Assembly (NCBI RefSeq): GCF_024521635.1
Contig: NW_026250418.1
Coordinates: 496,001-560,000, forward strand
Reading direction: 5' to 3'
DNA length: 64,000 bases
Source of the DNA: Tricharina praecox
Lineage: Eukaryota
Of this stretch, positions 63,508 to 64,000 are shown piece by piece (position 1 is the stretch's first letter; the number at the start of each line of letters is the position of its first letter). The notes under the pieces are model-generated. The model searched no databases and was not told the DNA's origin. It was given only the letters and a program-made list of their open reading frames with translations. The translations under genes and the position numbers were made by a program.

Positions 63508-64000
63508 TCAAGCCTCGCCCCTGCCCCTCGCCGTCTCCCGCCCCCGTCCATCCTCATCGATAGCATAGAACGAAACTCCACACTCCCTCCTTCTCCCGAC
63601 GATATACCACACACCGGCACCCCACGTCATCAACACACCCACCCAGCTCCACGTCGGCAGCCTGAACCCCATGAGCAGCACTGTCTGGAGCGCGCTTCTC
63701 GGGTACGTCGTGACCACCATAGTGAGCGGGGTGCTAGCACGCACCAGCAAGAACCCGGTAACGAACGTAGCCCACGCAGCCGCGCCGGCGCCCAGCATCA
63801 TCAGCCAGAAGAAAGCGACATCAAGGATGTAGCAATTCCTGCTGATGTCGCGGAGCTCGCCGGAAATGAGCGCGCACGGAAGGAGGAACATGATGCTGAG
63901 GAGGTTGGTGTAGTGTAGGAGTTTCCAGGCTGAGCGGGTGGCGTCTTTGCCGTCGCCGGACATGACGACGCTGCTGTGATCGGTCAAGGAATTGTCGACC
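63508..64000 (-). CDS. 3' part of a nucleotide-sugar/triose-phosphate transporter family (DMT superfamily) membrane protein; continues beyond the window
   Basis: Several TM helices, and WKLLHYTNLLS...LP...ISGE and LLVRASTPLTMVV resemble the C-terminal half of SLC35/TPT transporters. Confidence 0.65.
   Translation of the reverse strand, partial: VDNSLTDHSSVVMSGDGKDATRSAWKLLHYTNLLSIMFLLPCALISGELRDISRNCYILDVAFFWLMMLGAGAAAWATFVTGFLLVRASTPLTMVVTTYPRSALQTVLLMGFRLPTWSWVGVLMTWGAGVWYIVGRRRECGVSFYAIDEDGRGRETARGRGEA

Overview
Eukaryotic DNA from a filamentous ascomycete fungus. The evidence is short GT-AG introns with CTAAC/CTGAC branch points and fungal-type proteins; a Pezizomycete origin is only a guess. 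Genes read by hand, in order: a Cys-rich small secreted protein broken by two in-frame TAG codons, an F-box-like protein, splicing factor CWC25, a POT/PTR2 peptide transporter with a degenerate ExxER motif, and a single-exon His/Cys-motif hypothetical gene. After a ~17 kb gene-free tract come a putative amidoligase, alanine aminotransferase, MTA phosphorylase, a secreted GDSL/CE16 esterase, a YANK/STK32-type kinase, an ExgD-type GH5 glucanase, PEP carboxykinase, a small orphan ORF and the 3' end of a nucleotide-sugar/TPT-type transporter. The most notable observations are five. (1) A 528-bp Tourist/PIF-Harbinger-like MITE with TIRs and a TAA target-site duplication. (2) In-frame, presequence-like N-terminal extensions on three metabolic enzymes (ALT1, PCK1, MTAP); in ALT1 and PCK1 the first intron also carries a TATA-like box. 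(3) A stack of CCG-N7-CCG (AcuK/AcuM-type) sites upstream of PCK1. (4) A NAGNAG acceptor at the functionally critical N-terminus of CWC25. (5) Strong intergenic enrichment of TAGAGTA/TACTCTA. All exon structures are manual predictions without transcript support. No tRNA, rRNA, CRISPR array or autonomous transposon could be supported.
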